Source: a virus. From it: a DNA stretch of 64,000 nucleotides. A program made the translations under genes and the position numbers. The notes beneath the pieces were generated by a model that saw only the letters and a program-made list of their open reading frames with translations, was not told the origin of the DNA and did not search any database. Shown here in pieces: positions 53,723 through 62,517 of the stretch; within the stretch, counting starts at the first letter, position 1, and every line of letters begins with the position of its first letter. The DNA lies in IMG/VR virus record IMGVR_UViG_3300036792_000284, positions 60,280 to 124,279 of that record; one strand, 5' to 3'.

Positions 53723-54112
53723 TCATGCCGGGATTTCCTCGCCGGCCCGGCGCATGTCTTCCGGCATGCTGTGGCAGATGCGGGCGGGGCTGCCAGTGAA
53801 GCAGCAGTGACCGTCATGCAGCCGGACGGGATAGCGCCAGCACTGGCACCGCTCGCCCGCGTCTTCCACGATGGCGGGCTCCAGCTGCGGCAGCCGCTGC
53901 AGCCAGGCCATGAGCGCCAGCTCACGCCGGCGCCGCACGTCGGCGGCCCGCCTCCGGTCCTGGCCGGGCTGCGCCTCGCCGCTCGGCTCGATCGTGACCG
54001 TGCCGTCGGGCTGCACGGCTCCCGTCACCCACCCGGGCAGGAACCGGGTCCACCATTCCTGGCTGCGCGGGAAGTCCGGCGCGTCGATCTTGCCCTGGTC
54101 AATGGTGATCAT
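53723..54112 (-). CDS. Hypothetical protein
   Basis: ATGA overlap; Cys/His C-terminus. Confidence 0.55.
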   Translation of the reverse strand: MITIDQGKIDAPDFPRSQEWWTRFLPGWVTGAVQPDGTVTIEPSGEAQPGQDRRRAADVRRRRELALMAWLQRLPQLEPAIVEDAGERCQCWRYPVRLHDGHCCFTGSPARICHSMPEDMRRAGEEIPA

Positions 54113-54321
54113 GCCGCGCCGCCGACCAGCCAGCCGCGGCTGTCCCACGTGCGCCCGCACGGGCACGGGTAGGTCTCCCCGCTGGCGTAGTCAACCCCGT
54201 CGACCGAGGCGCCGCACGGGCACTGGAACCGGCCTAGCGCCGACTGGCCGGCCGGCGCGGACGGGTCACGCAGCCATGCGAGTTTGGCTGTGCTGGTGGT
54301 TACGCTTAGCTTGCTGCTCAT
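54109..54321 (-). CDS. Zn-ribbon protein
   Basis: CPCG...CPCG; conserved leader. Confidence 0.6.
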   Translation of the reverse strand: MSSKLSVTTSTAKLAWLRDPSAPAGQSALGRFQCPCGASVDGVDYASGETYPCPCGRTWDSRGWLVGGAA

Positions 54322-54357
54322 CGTGTGCCTGCCTTTGCTCGGTTGCCTGCAGCCAGC

Positions 54358-54630
54358 CTAGGGCATGGCTTGACTTGAGTCAAGAGATGGCGGGCTGCCG
54401 GCTCCCGGCCGCAGCAGGGCCAGCGCCTGCCGCTCGAACTCCCCGCAGGCCGCCGTGCCTGCTCCCAGCGTGCGCGCGTAGCGCACCAGCCCCGCCGCGG
54501 CCTCCTCCCGGGACACCACCCGCGCGCAGTCGTTTTCGACGTCATACACCACGCGCGGGCCGGGGCACCCGGCAGCGGCGAACACAGGGTCGTGACCTTC
54601 CCCGTAACGGTCGCAGCAGACGGGGGTCAT
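54358..54630 (-). CDS. Hypothetical protein
   Basis: ATGA overlap. Confidence 0.5.
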   Translation of the reverse strand: MTPVCCDRYGEGHDPVFAAAGCPGPRVVYDVENDCARVVSREEAAAGLVRYARTLGAGTAACGEFERQALALLRPGAGSPPSLDSSQAMP

Positions 54631-55142
54631 TCCGTCCACCCCGCGGCCAGCCAGGGGCGCCACGCGCCGGCGGGAGTGCCGGGCTCGTGGGCCGGACTGT
54701 CCGGCTCGGCGTCGAGGTAAGCCCCGGTGTACGGGTCCCCCCCGCCCCAGAACGCGTCCGAGACCACGGCGCCCCGGGGGTGGACGATATGCCACTCGCC
54801 GGAAAAATCCGGCGCGTACGGCCCGTGGCCGCCGCGCTCCATACTGTCCGCCGCGCGGCGCAGCTCGGCCGCGATTTCCGCGCAGGTGAGCACCTGGCCG
54901 GCCTCGCCCGGGCGGACACTCACCGTGAAGGTATACACGGGGACGTTCTCCGCGGCCTCGCGGCCGGACGTCACCCGCTCGGGCGGCGGCGTGCGCAGCG
55001 TTTCCGCCAGTTTCGGCATGTCCGGGGTGTCGTCGTCGCCGGCGTCTCCCCAGTCGGCCGGGGTCACCTCGAAGTAGTCTTCCCCGTCCGGGTCCTCGTC
55101 TGTCTCGTGCGTGTGCGTCCGACTCTCCGGCCAGTCGTTCAT
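54627..55142 (-). CDS. Acidic hypothetical protein
   Basis: Leader variant GAAGGGCGGGCACC. Confidence 0.6.
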   Translation of the reverse strand: MNDWPESRTHTHETDEDPDGEDYFEVTPADWGDAGDDDTPDMPKLAETLRTPPPERVTSGREAAENVPVYTFTVSVRPGEAGQVLTCAEIAAELRRAADSMERGGHGPYAPDFSGEWHIVHPRGAVVSDAFWGGGDPYTGAYLDAEPDSPAHEPGTPAGAWRPWLAAGWTE

Positions 55143-55221
55143 CAGGTGCCCGCCCTTCGGTTGTCTCGGTTGCCTGCTTGCAGGGTAGTGCATGGCTTGA
55201 CTTGAGTCAAGAAACGAAAGC

Positions 55222-55689
55222 TTACCCCTTGACTAGCACCGCGAAGCTGTTGATGCCCACCCGCACCCCGTTCGTCCGCTTGCCTTTCGGCAGCAGGGCG
55301 GAGATGCGCCCGGTGGCTTCGGCCTGCTGCGGCTTAGCCTCCGGCACCAGCCGCGCATCCTCGTACTCGTGCCAGGTGCCTGAACGGTCGGCCCGGTAGA
55401 GGATCACCCGGGCGAAGCGGGTCACCTTGTCTACGGAGGTAAGCGAGCGGTACCCGTCTGCCAGCCAGCCGGCGATGCGCGCATCCATCTCGCGCTGGCG
55501 GTACAGCCCTTGAAGGAGGTAGATGGCAGTGTCCTCACGCTCACCCGCGATACCGGGGATCTTGCCCTTGAAAAAAGCGTTGTACGGGAATCCCTCGGCT
55601 TTGATGGCCTCCGCACGCAGCTGGGTGAACTCAGACAGCCATTCGGCCACCTGCTCTAGATCGTTGTAGTCCTTATTCCAGGTAAACAT
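55222..55689 (-). CDS. Hypothetical protein
   Basis: Conserved leader. Confidence 0.65.
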   Translation of the reverse strand: MFTWNKDYNDLEQVAEWLSEFTQLRAEAIKAEGFPYNAFFKGKIPGIAGEREDTAIYLLQGLYRQREMDARIAGWLADGYRSLTSVDKVTRFARVILYRADRSGTWHEYEDARLVPEAKPQQAEATGRISALLPKGKRTNGVRVGINSFAVLVKG

Positions 55690-55716
55690 AGGTGCCTGCC
55701 CTTCGGTTGACTGCTC

Positions 55717-56205
55717 TTACTCGCTCAGAAAGGCCGCGAGCTGGCCGGGTGTGAGGATGTGGGCCCATGGCACGGGCGCATAGTCCCGCGAGAGCATCGC
55801 CAGCCGCGCCGACATCGACACCGTGACCCGCGTGCCGTCCACGGCCACCAGACCGTGAGCACGCAGCCAGCCCGACGCGGCCGGCGGAATCGAGTTGACG
55901 TAGCCGGCCTTAATGCGCCCCGTCTCAGGCTGAAGCTCGGCCGGCCGGATACCGATCAGCCGCAGGTCATTGCGCACAGTGGCCGTAATGCTCCCTGCAT
56001 GGCGGAAAGGCCGGTAGACAACCCAGTGGCGCCCCTTGCCGGGCACCTCGCGAGAGATGTTCGCGCCGCCGTCCGGCGTGACCTCCACCTGGTAGCCGCG
56101 CCTGGCCGCAGTGACCAGAGAGCGCATGACGTCCGCGTCGGAGCCGGCGCCTTCGGAAACTGTCCCGTCGGTGCTGGTAACGGTCATGAAGTAGGAGAAA
56201 TCCAC
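55717..56205 (-). CDS. Hypothetical protein
   Basis: Conserved leader and promoter. Confidence 0.6.
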   Translation of the reverse strand: MDFSYFMTVTSTDGTVSEGAGSDADVMRSLVTAARRGYQVEVTPDGGANISREVPGKGRHWVVYRPFRHAGSITATVRNDLRLIGIRPAELQPETGRIKAGYVNSIPPAASGWLRAHGLVAVDGTRVTVSMSARLAMLSRDYAPVPWAHILTPGQLAAFLSE

Positions 56206-56271
56206 GGGATGCCTGCCTTCCGGTTGTCTAAGCATCACCGTAATGCATGGCTTGACTTGAGTCAAGAAACA

Positions 56272-56306
56272 AGTTAGCCCGCCCCGGGGTGCGAGGCGGG
56301 CTAACT
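56272..56306 (-). terminator. Stem-loop
   Basis: 12-bp arms AGTTAGCCCGCC/GGCGGGCTAACT. Confidence 0.7.
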
Positions 56307-56327
56307 GACAGGGGTTGAGGTGCCGGG

Positions 56328-56411
56328 CTACTTGCTCGGCTTGGCGTGCTTCGGGTCGTAGTCGGGGTTGCCGGGCTTCTCTTCGCCCTCGTGGCTACCG
56401 CGTCCGTTCAT
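56328..56411 (-). CDS. 27-aa micropeptide in its own cassette
   Basis: MNGRGSHEGEEKPGNPDYDPKHAKPSK; own promoter, leader and terminator. Confidence 0.55.
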   Translation of the reverse strand: MNGRGSHEGEEKPGNPDYDPKHAKPSK

Positions 56412-56444
56412 TGGTGCCTGCCCTTCCGTTTGGTTGACTGCAGT

Positions 56445-56693
56445 CTAGTTGCTTGTCTTGACTGGTGTCAAGCACCAGGCGGTACGCATGTACCTGCAGA
56501 ACCGCCTCCGGTTGGCCCGCGTGCGCAGTTGCCACGCGATGACCCCGCCGATGACCAGGACTAGCGCCATCTCGTCTAGCGGGCCCGGAATGGCCAGGCA
56601 GGCGCCGAACACGACCGCCAGCCACTTGGGGAGACGGGCGAACCGCCACAGCGCGACCGCCAGGCGCCGCACGCGCCTAACCGCGGTGCTCAT
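56445..56693 (-). CDS. Small membrane protein (YkvA/DUF1232-like motif)
   Basis: LAIPGPLDEMALVLVIGGVI. Confidence 0.55.
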   Translation of the reverse strand: MSTAVRRVRRLAVALWRFARLPKWLAVVFGACLAIPGPLDEMALVLVIGGVIAWQLRTRANRRRFCRYMRTAWCLTPVKTSN

Positions 56694-57208
56694 GAGGACA
56701 CCTTCGCCCCGTGACCCAGGCGCACGCCTAGCTCCCCCGTCTCGTCCTGCCCCCAGCGCTTGAACAGGTCGCGCGGCTCTGCCTGCAGCACGCGGATACC
56801 GGCGATGCGCTCGATCGCGGGCAGGTGCCGGGCGTTCACCAGGTAGTAGCACCCGCGCGGCGTGCCGCCCTTCGGCCAGGAACCGAACTCCGGCCCAGGC
56901 CCGTACTCGTCAGCGGCGCTGCGGAACACCTGCCGCAGCCGGTCACGGCTCCGGTGGGAGGTGGTCGAGATCCAGACGTGCGGCTCGTTGTCGTTCAGCA
57001 GCTTCGACAGAACCGTCTGGTCGTCGCTGTGCACGGCCTCGCGCACGTCCGCGGCGTCCGCCACCACCGCAGCCCGGCCGACAGCCAGGCGCCACGCGGC
57101 GACCTCGCGCTGCGCCTCTGCCTCGGTCATGATGCGCGATCCAAGGACCTTGCCGCCGCGGAACTGGCGGACCGCGTAGAACTTCCCGTCGCTCGTGTGC
57201 TCGCTCAT
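56690..57208 (-). CDS. Hypothetical protein
   Basis: Conserved leader and promoter. Confidence 0.6.
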   Translation of the reverse strand: MSEHTSDGKFYAVRQFRGGKVLGSRIMTEAEAQREVAAWRLAVGRAAVVADAADVREAVHSDDQTVLSKLLNDNEPHVWISTTSHRSRDRLRQVFRSAADEYGPGPEFGSWPKGGTPRGCYYLVNARHLPAIERIAGIRVLQAEPRDLFKRWGQDETGELGVRLGHGAKVSS

Positions 57209-57278
57209 TGGGTGCCTGCCCTTCGGTTGTGCCTGTGCGCCCAGCGTATGTGATGGCTTGACTTGAGTCAAGCACAAA

Positions 57279-57311
57279 CTAGCCCGCCCCGTGTGTAGCG
57301 GAGCGGGCTAG
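57279..57311 (-). terminator. Stem-loop
   Basis: CTAGCCCGC/GCGGGCTAG arms. Confidence 0.6.
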
Positions 57312-57353
57312 CTGGCTTGCCGGCGGTCTACTCGTCGTCTGCGGTCCAGTCGG

Positions 57354-57590
57354 TCATGATGCCTCCAGCTCAATGCGGAACTTGTAGCCGGACTCGTGCA
57401 CCAGCTCGGTGCCGAGCGCAGCCGTGTGCAGCCGCCCGGCGAAGTCGTTGGCGTCCTTTTTCGTCGTGACGCCGTTGTCGGTCAGCACGTAGAACGCGGC
57501 GGTAGCCGCCTTGCGCGTCGTCGGGAACGGGCGCTGAGTCTTCTCCTGCCCTTGCGGAGTCACGCGGACTAGCTGATACGTGGATGCCAT
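57354..57590 (-). CDS. Hypothetical protein
   Basis: Conserved leader. Confidence 0.6.
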   Translation of the reverse strand: MASTYQLVRVTPQGQEKTQRPFPTTRKAATAAFYVLTDNGVTTKKDANDFAGRLHTAALGTELVHESGYKFRIELEAS

Positions 57591-57650
57591 GTGCCTGCCC
57601 TTCCTAATGAGCGAGGCGGCCAGCTGGCTTAGCTGGCCGCCTCTGTGCTG

Positions 57651-57830
57651 CTAGTAGCGCCCGGTCCGCACGTCGGTGCGCGCCTGGTGACGCTCGCGGC
57701 GCCGGGCGCGGCGCTTGATCTCGGCCCGCTCGCCGCGGTCCCACTTGAGTGCCTGCTTGCCCGGCCCGAACGCGTCGACCTCGGACCCGTTGCGCGGCTC
57801 GCGCCGCATCGGCTGAATGCTGCTGTGCAT
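57651..57830 (-). CDS. Arg-rich 59-aa protein
   Basis: MHSSIQPMRREP...EIKRRARRRERHQAR; leader and promoter. Confidence 0.6.
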   Translation of the reverse strand: MHSSIQPMRREPRNGSEVDAFGPGKQALKWDRGERAEIKRRARRRERHQARTDVRTGRY

Positions 57831-57893
57831 AGGTGCCTGCCCTGTGGAGTTGGGTTCCTACAAGGCCAAGCTTAGGTGATGTCTTGACTGGAG

Positions 57894-58307
57894 TCAAGTA
57901 CCAAGGCGCCTGACTCCGCGCGCCGTGTCGAACCGCCGGCCGCACGCATCTATGGCAAGGCAGAACGTGTCGCCCGAGCGGCCGGTCCGCGCGCACTCCT
58001 CGCACAGGTCCGCGTCGCACTGGGCGCACGTCAGGTGGACCGTCGGCCCGCCGCAGCCTGCGCACGGCGCCAGGACAGCCGGGCCGGGCCGCCGCACTAC
58101 GTCGGCCAGTTTGCGCCTGCCCTTGCGCAGTACGGCCTCGCGCTCCTCGAAGCGCATGGCCAGGTAGTCCTCTTCGCTCACCCCGGCCGCCTCGCGCAGC
58201 TCGCGCGCGTAGGCGGCGCGGGCAGCCACCGACCGCACCGCGCCCTCGTACATGCGCAGCGCCGCGTCAGCCCGCGTGCGCGCCAGGTCCGGGTCAGGGG
58301 TGCTCAT
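57894..58307 (-). CDS. Zn-finger protein
   Basis: CAGC, CAQC, LCEEC. Confidence 0.6.
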   Translation of the reverse strand: MSTPDPDLARTRADAALRMYEGAVRSVAARAAYARELREAAGVSEEDYLAMRFEEREAVLRKGRRKLADVVRRPGPAVLAPCAGCGGPTVHLTCAQCDADLCEECARTGRSGDTFCLAIDACGRRFDTARGVRRLGT

Positions 58308-58528
58308 GTCCCGAACTCCGGGTCGGTCCGCCGGAACATCTCGCGGGTCAGCGCGTCCTGCATACGCCTCAAGTCTGACAGCGCGCGCTCGTTGCTCTGC
58401 TCCCACGCCGCGCGCTGCTGCTGCACGGCCAGGTCTTGCCGGCGCCGGATCTCCGGGGTGCTCAGCGTCTTGAACAGCTCGGCTGCCTCGCGGTCGGTCT
58501 CGTCTGTCCAGTGTGCCTCGCCGCTCAC
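58304..58528 (-). CDS. Small coiled-coil protein
   Basis: Coupled overlaps. Confidence 0.55.
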   Translation of the reverse strand: MSGEAHWTDETDREAAELFKTLSTPEIRRRQDLAVQQQRAAWEQSNERALSDLRRMQDALTREMFRRTDPEFGT

Positions 58529-58749
58529 GGCTGGCCTCCGTCGATGAACGCAAGCCGCTCCGTGCCCGCCTCGGTCAGCGCCAGGCAGCCGGACCACTCC
58601 TCGTCGGTCTTCACCAGGCCGGCCTTCACCAGCCGGCCGAGCGCCGCCTTGCCCTTGCCGACGGAAACCGCCGTCTCCGGGCGCGGATGGGCGTTGTAGC
58701 CGACGTAGCGGAGCACCGCGTCGTCGCGCAGCTCGGCGAGGGTCATCAT
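58525..58749 (-). CDS. Winged-helix-like protein
   Basis: ALGRLVKAGLV...LALTEAG.ERL. Confidence 0.65.
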   Translation of the reverse strand: MMTLAELRDDAVLRYVGYNAHPRPETAVSVGKGKAALGRLVKAGLVKTDEEWSGCLALTEAGTERLAFIDGGQP

Positions 58750-58946
58750 GCCTCCCACGGGCGTGTCTTGCCCTGCAGCGCCAGCCACGCCGCGCGCATG
58801 AGCGGGGTCATGACGCGCCAGGACGGGCGCTTGCGCCCCTCGACCGCGGTCCGGATGACCTCGGTCACCAGGGCGCGCTCCTGGTCGTCTGCGATGCTGC
58901 CAGCGAGGCCCCGCGCCCACGTGAGCGCCTCAGCGGACGGCGTCAC
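58746..58946 (-). CDS. Hypothetical protein
   Basis: Coupled overlaps. Confidence 0.5.
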   Translation of the reverse strand: MTPSAEALTWARGLAGSIADDQERALVTEVIRTAVEGRKRPSWRVMTPLMRAAWLALQGKTRPWEA

Positions 58947-59272
58947 CGGCTTACCTTCGCCAGTTCGGCGCGCACCTGGTCAGCGACCTTGGCGGGAACG
59001 GGCTTGTCCGTCTCGATCCACATCAGGTCCATGGCCACGGCCGGGCTGCCGTTGATGAGAGTAGCCAGCTCCAGGTTGGTCAGCCCCAGGTGCTGCGCGC
59101 CCTCCCACATCAGCCGCGGGCTGACCGCGCCGAGCAGAAGCTGAGCATTACCCTCCAGGAAGCCGGCCATAGCCGCCGCGTCGTCGCAGTTGCGGATGTT
59201 GCCGTGCTCTCGCTGCAGCGCAGCCGCGTACGCGGTGCCCTGGTCTCTCTTGCTGATCTTCGCTTGCGCCAT
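58943..59272 (-). CDS. Hypothetical protein
   Basis: Conserved leader and promoter. Confidence 0.6.
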   Translation of the reverse strand: MAQAKISKRDQGTAYAAALQREHGNIRNCDDAAAMAGFLEGNAQLLLGAVSPRLMWEGAQHLGLTNLELATLINGSPAVAMDLMWIETDKPVPAKVADQVRAELAKVSR

Positions 59273-59313
59273 CGGGTGCCTGCCCTCGGGTCGGTTTCGC
59301 TTACAGGTGCAGC

Positions 59314-59601
59314 CTATGCGTCATCTTGACTTGAGTCAAGTAGTAACCTGCCCGCCTTCAGGCACGCCCTGCCCTGGCCGGTCAGCTTGTAGCTCGTCTG
59401 CTTGGGCAGGGACACGACGCGGACCAGGCCAAGCCTCTTCAGCATGCGGGCACAGATCACGGCACGCTGCCGGCTAACGCCCGCCTCCTGCGCTACGTCC
59501 AGCGGAGTAACCGTGTACTGGCGGTCGATCGCAGCCGGCACCTTGCGTTCTGTCTCAGTCAGCACGCCCCAGGTCGCCGCGCTGTCATCGAACCCGGTCA
59601 C
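59314..59601 (-). CDS. MarR-like winged-helix DNA-binding protein
   Basis: LTETERKV, TPLDVAQEAGVSRQ...LKRLGLV...YKLTGQG. Confidence 0.75.
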   Translation of the reverse strand: MTGFDDSAATWGVLTETERKVPAAIDRQYTVTPLDVAQEAGVSRQRAVICARMLKRLGLVRVVSLPKQTSYKLTGQGRACLKAGRLLLDSSQDDA

Positions 59602-59873
59602 GGCGCTGCCACCGTCGGCTGTGTCTTCGCCTGCTCAGTGGTCAGCCACTCGCCGCGGTGCCCGCTGTCGTCGCCGTGCCGGTCCATCCGCAGCCAGCGG
59701 TCGGAGACCAGGCCGTGCACGACCCACATCTCGAACTCCTCCAGTGTCATGCCGGTGAACTCAAGCAGCGGGCCTTTATAGGGCGGGAGACCGTTCGCGC
59801 CCACCTGCGCTCGCGCGTAGCTGTTGAGCATGCGGCGGATCTTCCGGTCTGCGTCGTTGTCGTACACCCACAT
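59598..59873 (-). CDS. Hypothetical protein
   Basis: Coupled overlaps. Confidence 0.55.
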   Translation of the reverse strand: MWVYDNDADRKIRRMLNSYARAQVGANGLPPYKGPLLEFTGMTLEEFEMWVVHGLVSDRWLRMDRHGDDSGHRGEWLTTEQAKTQPTVAAP

Positions 59874-60265
59874 CAGCGCTGCCTGTTTCCCTTCCGGGCG
59901 TACCTCGCCAGCATGTCCGCCGACCCGGCCACGTGCGCTCCGTCGGCGAGCATCGCCTCGATGTCGTGGTCGCCTGTGGCGAGGCCGGCCAGGTCGGTAC
60001 CGCGCAGCGCGTTGGTGCCGATGACCAGGTGCGGGCGGACGATGATCTCGCCCACGATGAAATGGTGAGTCCACCTCGGCTCGTACACGCCGCGGACATG
60101 GTGGCCGCTGTCGTAGGTGAGCGGGTTGTCCTGGCCGCGGGTCATGCTCGCGCCGACGAAACTCACCATCCCCGGCCCCTGGTCCTGCACGTAGAGCCAC
60201 GCGGGCACGTGCCGCGCGTCCGGCCCGTACATCACCCGGGTCATGTCGCCGTAAATCTCATCCAT
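59873..60265 (-). CDS. Hypothetical protein
   Basis: Leader and promoter. Confidence 0.6.
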   Translation of the reverse strand: MDEIYGDMTRVMYGPDARHVPAWLYVQDQGPGMVSFVGASMTRGQDNPLTYDSGHHVRGVYEPRWTHHFIVGEIIVRPHLVIGTNALRGTDLAGLATGDHDIEAMLADGAHVAGSADMLARYARKGNRQR

Positions 60266-60326
60266 GGGCCTGCCCTTCCTCGGTTACAGGCCAAGCGTAC
60301 CTGTTGGCTTGACTCGGGTCAAGCAC

Positions 60327-60590
60327 TCAGATCGTGTTGCCGCTGTTGACGCTCACCGCGATGGCGGCCACCTGGGCGCCGGCGTGGCCGGCCAGCTGCA
60401 GCATCACGCCGTAGAGCGACGACAGGCAGGGCTGGCAGATGCGCGGTAGCTTTGCCTGGCCGCCCGGGGTGACCACCGGGACGTGCAGCCCGGGCGATCC
60501 GTCGTCGCCGCACAGCGCGCATTTGGTGCCGGGGAACATCAGCACCTGCGTCCGCCGGTCAGGCGCGCTCACGTGGCCCAGCCCTTCCAC
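60327..60590 (-). CDS. Zn-finger protein (start may be near 60572)
   Basis: CALC...ICQPC. Confidence 0.55.
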   Translation of the reverse strand: MEGLGHVSAPDRRTQVLMFPGTKCALCGDDGSPGLHVPVVTPGGQAKLPRICQPCLSSLYGVMLQLAGHAGAQVAAIAVSVNSGNTI

Positions 60591-60880
60591 GGCGTGTCGA
60601 TGTTCAGCGCGCGGGCACCCCGCAGCAGGATGGCCGAGCGCTCCGGACTGAACGCCGGCAGGCTCAGGTAGGCGAGAAAATCCGTCCGGGCCGCCTTGAG
60701 CAGGTGCCAGAGCCCGGTCAGGTGCGCCGCGTCGCGCTCGTCCTGGTCGGACATCACCCAGTCGCGGGAGGTCTCCCCGCTGGCCTTGCGCAGCAACTGT
60801 GCGAGCATCACCCGGTCATCGGGCTGCGCGGTCCGCAGCTCTATCCACAGCGTGTCCGGCTCGGCCTCTACGTCACACAT
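60569..60880 (-). CDS. Hypothetical protein
   Basis: GAGGAG SD; CGTAGTAG motif upstream. Confidence 0.55.
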   Translation of the reverse strand: MCDVEAEPDTLWIELRTAQPDDRVMLAQLLRKASGETSRDWVMSDQDERDAAHLTGLWHLLKAARTDFLAYLSLPAFSPERSAILLRGARALNIDTPWKGWAT

Positions 60881-60946
60881 ACGTGCCTGGCTCCTCACAG
60901 AGTTGAACCGGGGACCACCGCAGCCCCCGGTTCTTCCTACTACGGA

Positions 60947-61528
60947 TCAATCCTGCACTTCGGGGACAACGTGGTAATAACCGCCCTCGAACAGCGCGAC
61001 CGCCTGCGCCACGCGCGCGTCGTCCAGGGCGCGGATGTGCGCGTCGATGTTGCTCACGGTCGGCCGCCGCAGCACCCGGCCCGCTGCCCCGTCGGTAACC
61101 TCCAGCACGATGCACTGCGAGGCGTCGACCACCACGGCCAGGTCTGGGGACAGGTCCTGGCGGAAGATGTCCGGCTCACGGTCGGCCGGCGCCGGGTCGG
61201 CCGCCTCCGGGCCCTCGCCGAGCGCATTGCGCAGGCAGGCGTAGAGCGAGGCCACCTCGCCGTCGCGCGCCGCCCGCGGAAACCGCTCGCGCAGCCGGTC
61301 CCCGATCTGTCGCAGCTGCAGCCGTGCCTCCTCCAGGTCTGAGCGGTGCTCCTCGTACTCGAAGACGCTCGCGAGGCGTGCCATGGCTACCTCCGCCGTG
61401 TCCGCGCTGTCGACCTCGTAGCCGTCCACGAACATCTCGTAGAGGCTGTCCGCGCGCTGCTCTACCGCGTACCGCGGGGCGGCGTCCAGTGTCCAGCGCC
61501 GCCCCTGCCGCGTCCAGTTGTAGGTCAC
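60947..61528 (-). CDS. Hypothetical protein
   Basis: GTGA overlap. Confidence 0.55.
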   Translation of the reverse strand: MTYNWTRQGRRWTLDAAPRYAVEQRADSLYEMFVDGYEVDSADTAEVAMARLASVFEYEEHRSDLEEARLQLRQIGDRLRERFPRAARDGEVASLYACLRNALGEGPEAADPAPADREPDIFRQDLSPDLAVVVDASQCIVLEVTDGAAGRVLRRPTVSNIDAHIRALDDARVAQAVALFEGGYYHVVPEVQD

Positions 61529-61767
61529 CGCGTGCCCCGCAGCTCCCGGGCCTTGGCCCGCAGCAGGTCGGCCAGGGCGTCGCAGTCGTCGGCGTCCAGG
61601 TAGGCGTGCTTGCTGGTGGTGACCGCGGTCGAGTCGACCGTGAGCTTGGCCAGGTCGCCGATCTCGGCCGAGCGGACCGCCACGCCGACCTCGTCTTCGG
61701 TAAGGATGTCGGCCACCTTGGCCAGGTCGCCGCCCCACTCGTCTCGCATTCCGGGTGTAACTCGCAT
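61525..61767 (-). CDS. Hypothetical protein
   Basis: Conserved leader and promoter. Confidence 0.6.
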   Translation of the reverse strand: MRVTPGMRDEWGGDLAKVADILTEDEVGVAVRSAEIGDLAKLTVDSTAVTTSKHAYLDADDCDALADLLRAKARELRGTR

Positions 61768-61842
61768 CGGGTGCCTGCCCTTCGCTCGGTTGCTTACAAG
61801 CCCAGTCTACACCCATAGCTTGACTTGAGTCAAGACATAGAA

Positions 61843-61877
61843 CGACCCCGGAGCCGGCGGTATTGGCTCCGGGGTCG
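61843..61877 (-). terminator. Stem-loop
   Basis: 13-bp arms CGACCCCGGAGCC/GGCTCCGGGGTCG. Confidence 0.7.
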
Positions 61878-61888
61878 CGTCCCAGGGG

Positions 61889-62389
61889 TCAGCCGCGCAG
61901 TGCGGCCGGCTCGGCAACCGGCTGGCTGGCGGGCAGGGTGACGTCGTAGCAGCGGTTCGTGACATCGAACTTCACCGTCACGTCGCCGTTGGCGATGCGC
62001 ACGGTTGCGGCTATGCCCTCCATGCCCTCCGCGGCCCTCGCCGCGCGCATCAGCGCGTCGGCCAGGCTGGCCGCCAGGTGCGCGGACGTCAGCAGGGTGA
62101 ACGCCCGCGCGTTCGTCAGCCGGTAGTAGGTCGTCGTCTCGGCCGCCGGCTCCGGGGTCCCGTGCCAGCCGCCCACGAGGGCCAGGCCCTTGCGCAGGTG
62201 CTTGCAGAACAGGTCGTCTACGGTGAGGCCGGGCGTGCCCGCCAGGAGCTGTGCCCGGCGGTAGCGGAAGTCCTTGCACGGGCAGTAGGGGAGCTGCACG
62301 TGGTAGACCTCGGCCGGGTCGGACTCGGAACAGACCACTACCGCGGTCGGGAGGACTGCCATGTCCTGGGGTGTCTTGCCTGCTGGCAT
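61889..62389 (-). CDS. SWIM zinc-finger protein
   Basis: YHV...YCPCKDF...FCKHL; leader and promoter. Confidence 0.75.
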   Translation of the reverse strand: MPAGKTPQDMAVLPTAVVVCSESDPAEVYHVQLPYCPCKDFRYRRAQLLAGTPGLTVDDLFCKHLRKGLALVGGWHGTPEPAAETTTYYRLTNARAFTLLTSAHLAASLADALMRAARAAEGMEGIAATVRIANGDVTVKFDVTNRCYDVTLPASQPVAEPAALRG

Positions 62390-62485
62390 AGGGTGCCTGC
62401 CCTTCGGTCGGGATTAACCTGCGTAGGCTTCCAGCATACCAGGTTGCTTGACTCGGGTCAAGACTGGCGGCTCTAGGGAAAGCAA

Positions 62486-62517
62486 AGAGGCCAGAGCGTG
62501 GGGTCACTCTGGCCTCT
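62486..62517 (-). terminator. Stem-loop
   Basis: 11-bp arms AGAGGCCAGAG/CTCTGGCCTCT. Confidence 0.65.

Larger units (their letters stand above)
39200..62462 (-). promoter_or_regulatory. Array of sigma-A-type promoters, each carrying the palindrome CTTGAC-N4-GTCAAG
   Basis: Perfect 16-mers start at 39223, 42908, 43815, 44425, 46142, 47052, 47824, 50785, 51574, 52554, 53647, 54369, 55196, 56251, 56457, 57257, 57883, 59325, 60308, 61819, 62447; degenerate at 39200, 39984, 40963, 48100, 51551, 56433; each perfect copy gives TTGACn-17/18-TAnnnT on the minus strand. Confidence 0.9.

Noticed and set aside
39200-62462. Repeated palindromes as a CRISPR array or integron attC sites
   Set aside because: Spacing is irregular (0.2-3.7 kb) and filled with genes; no cas genes or integron integrase; geometry fits promoters
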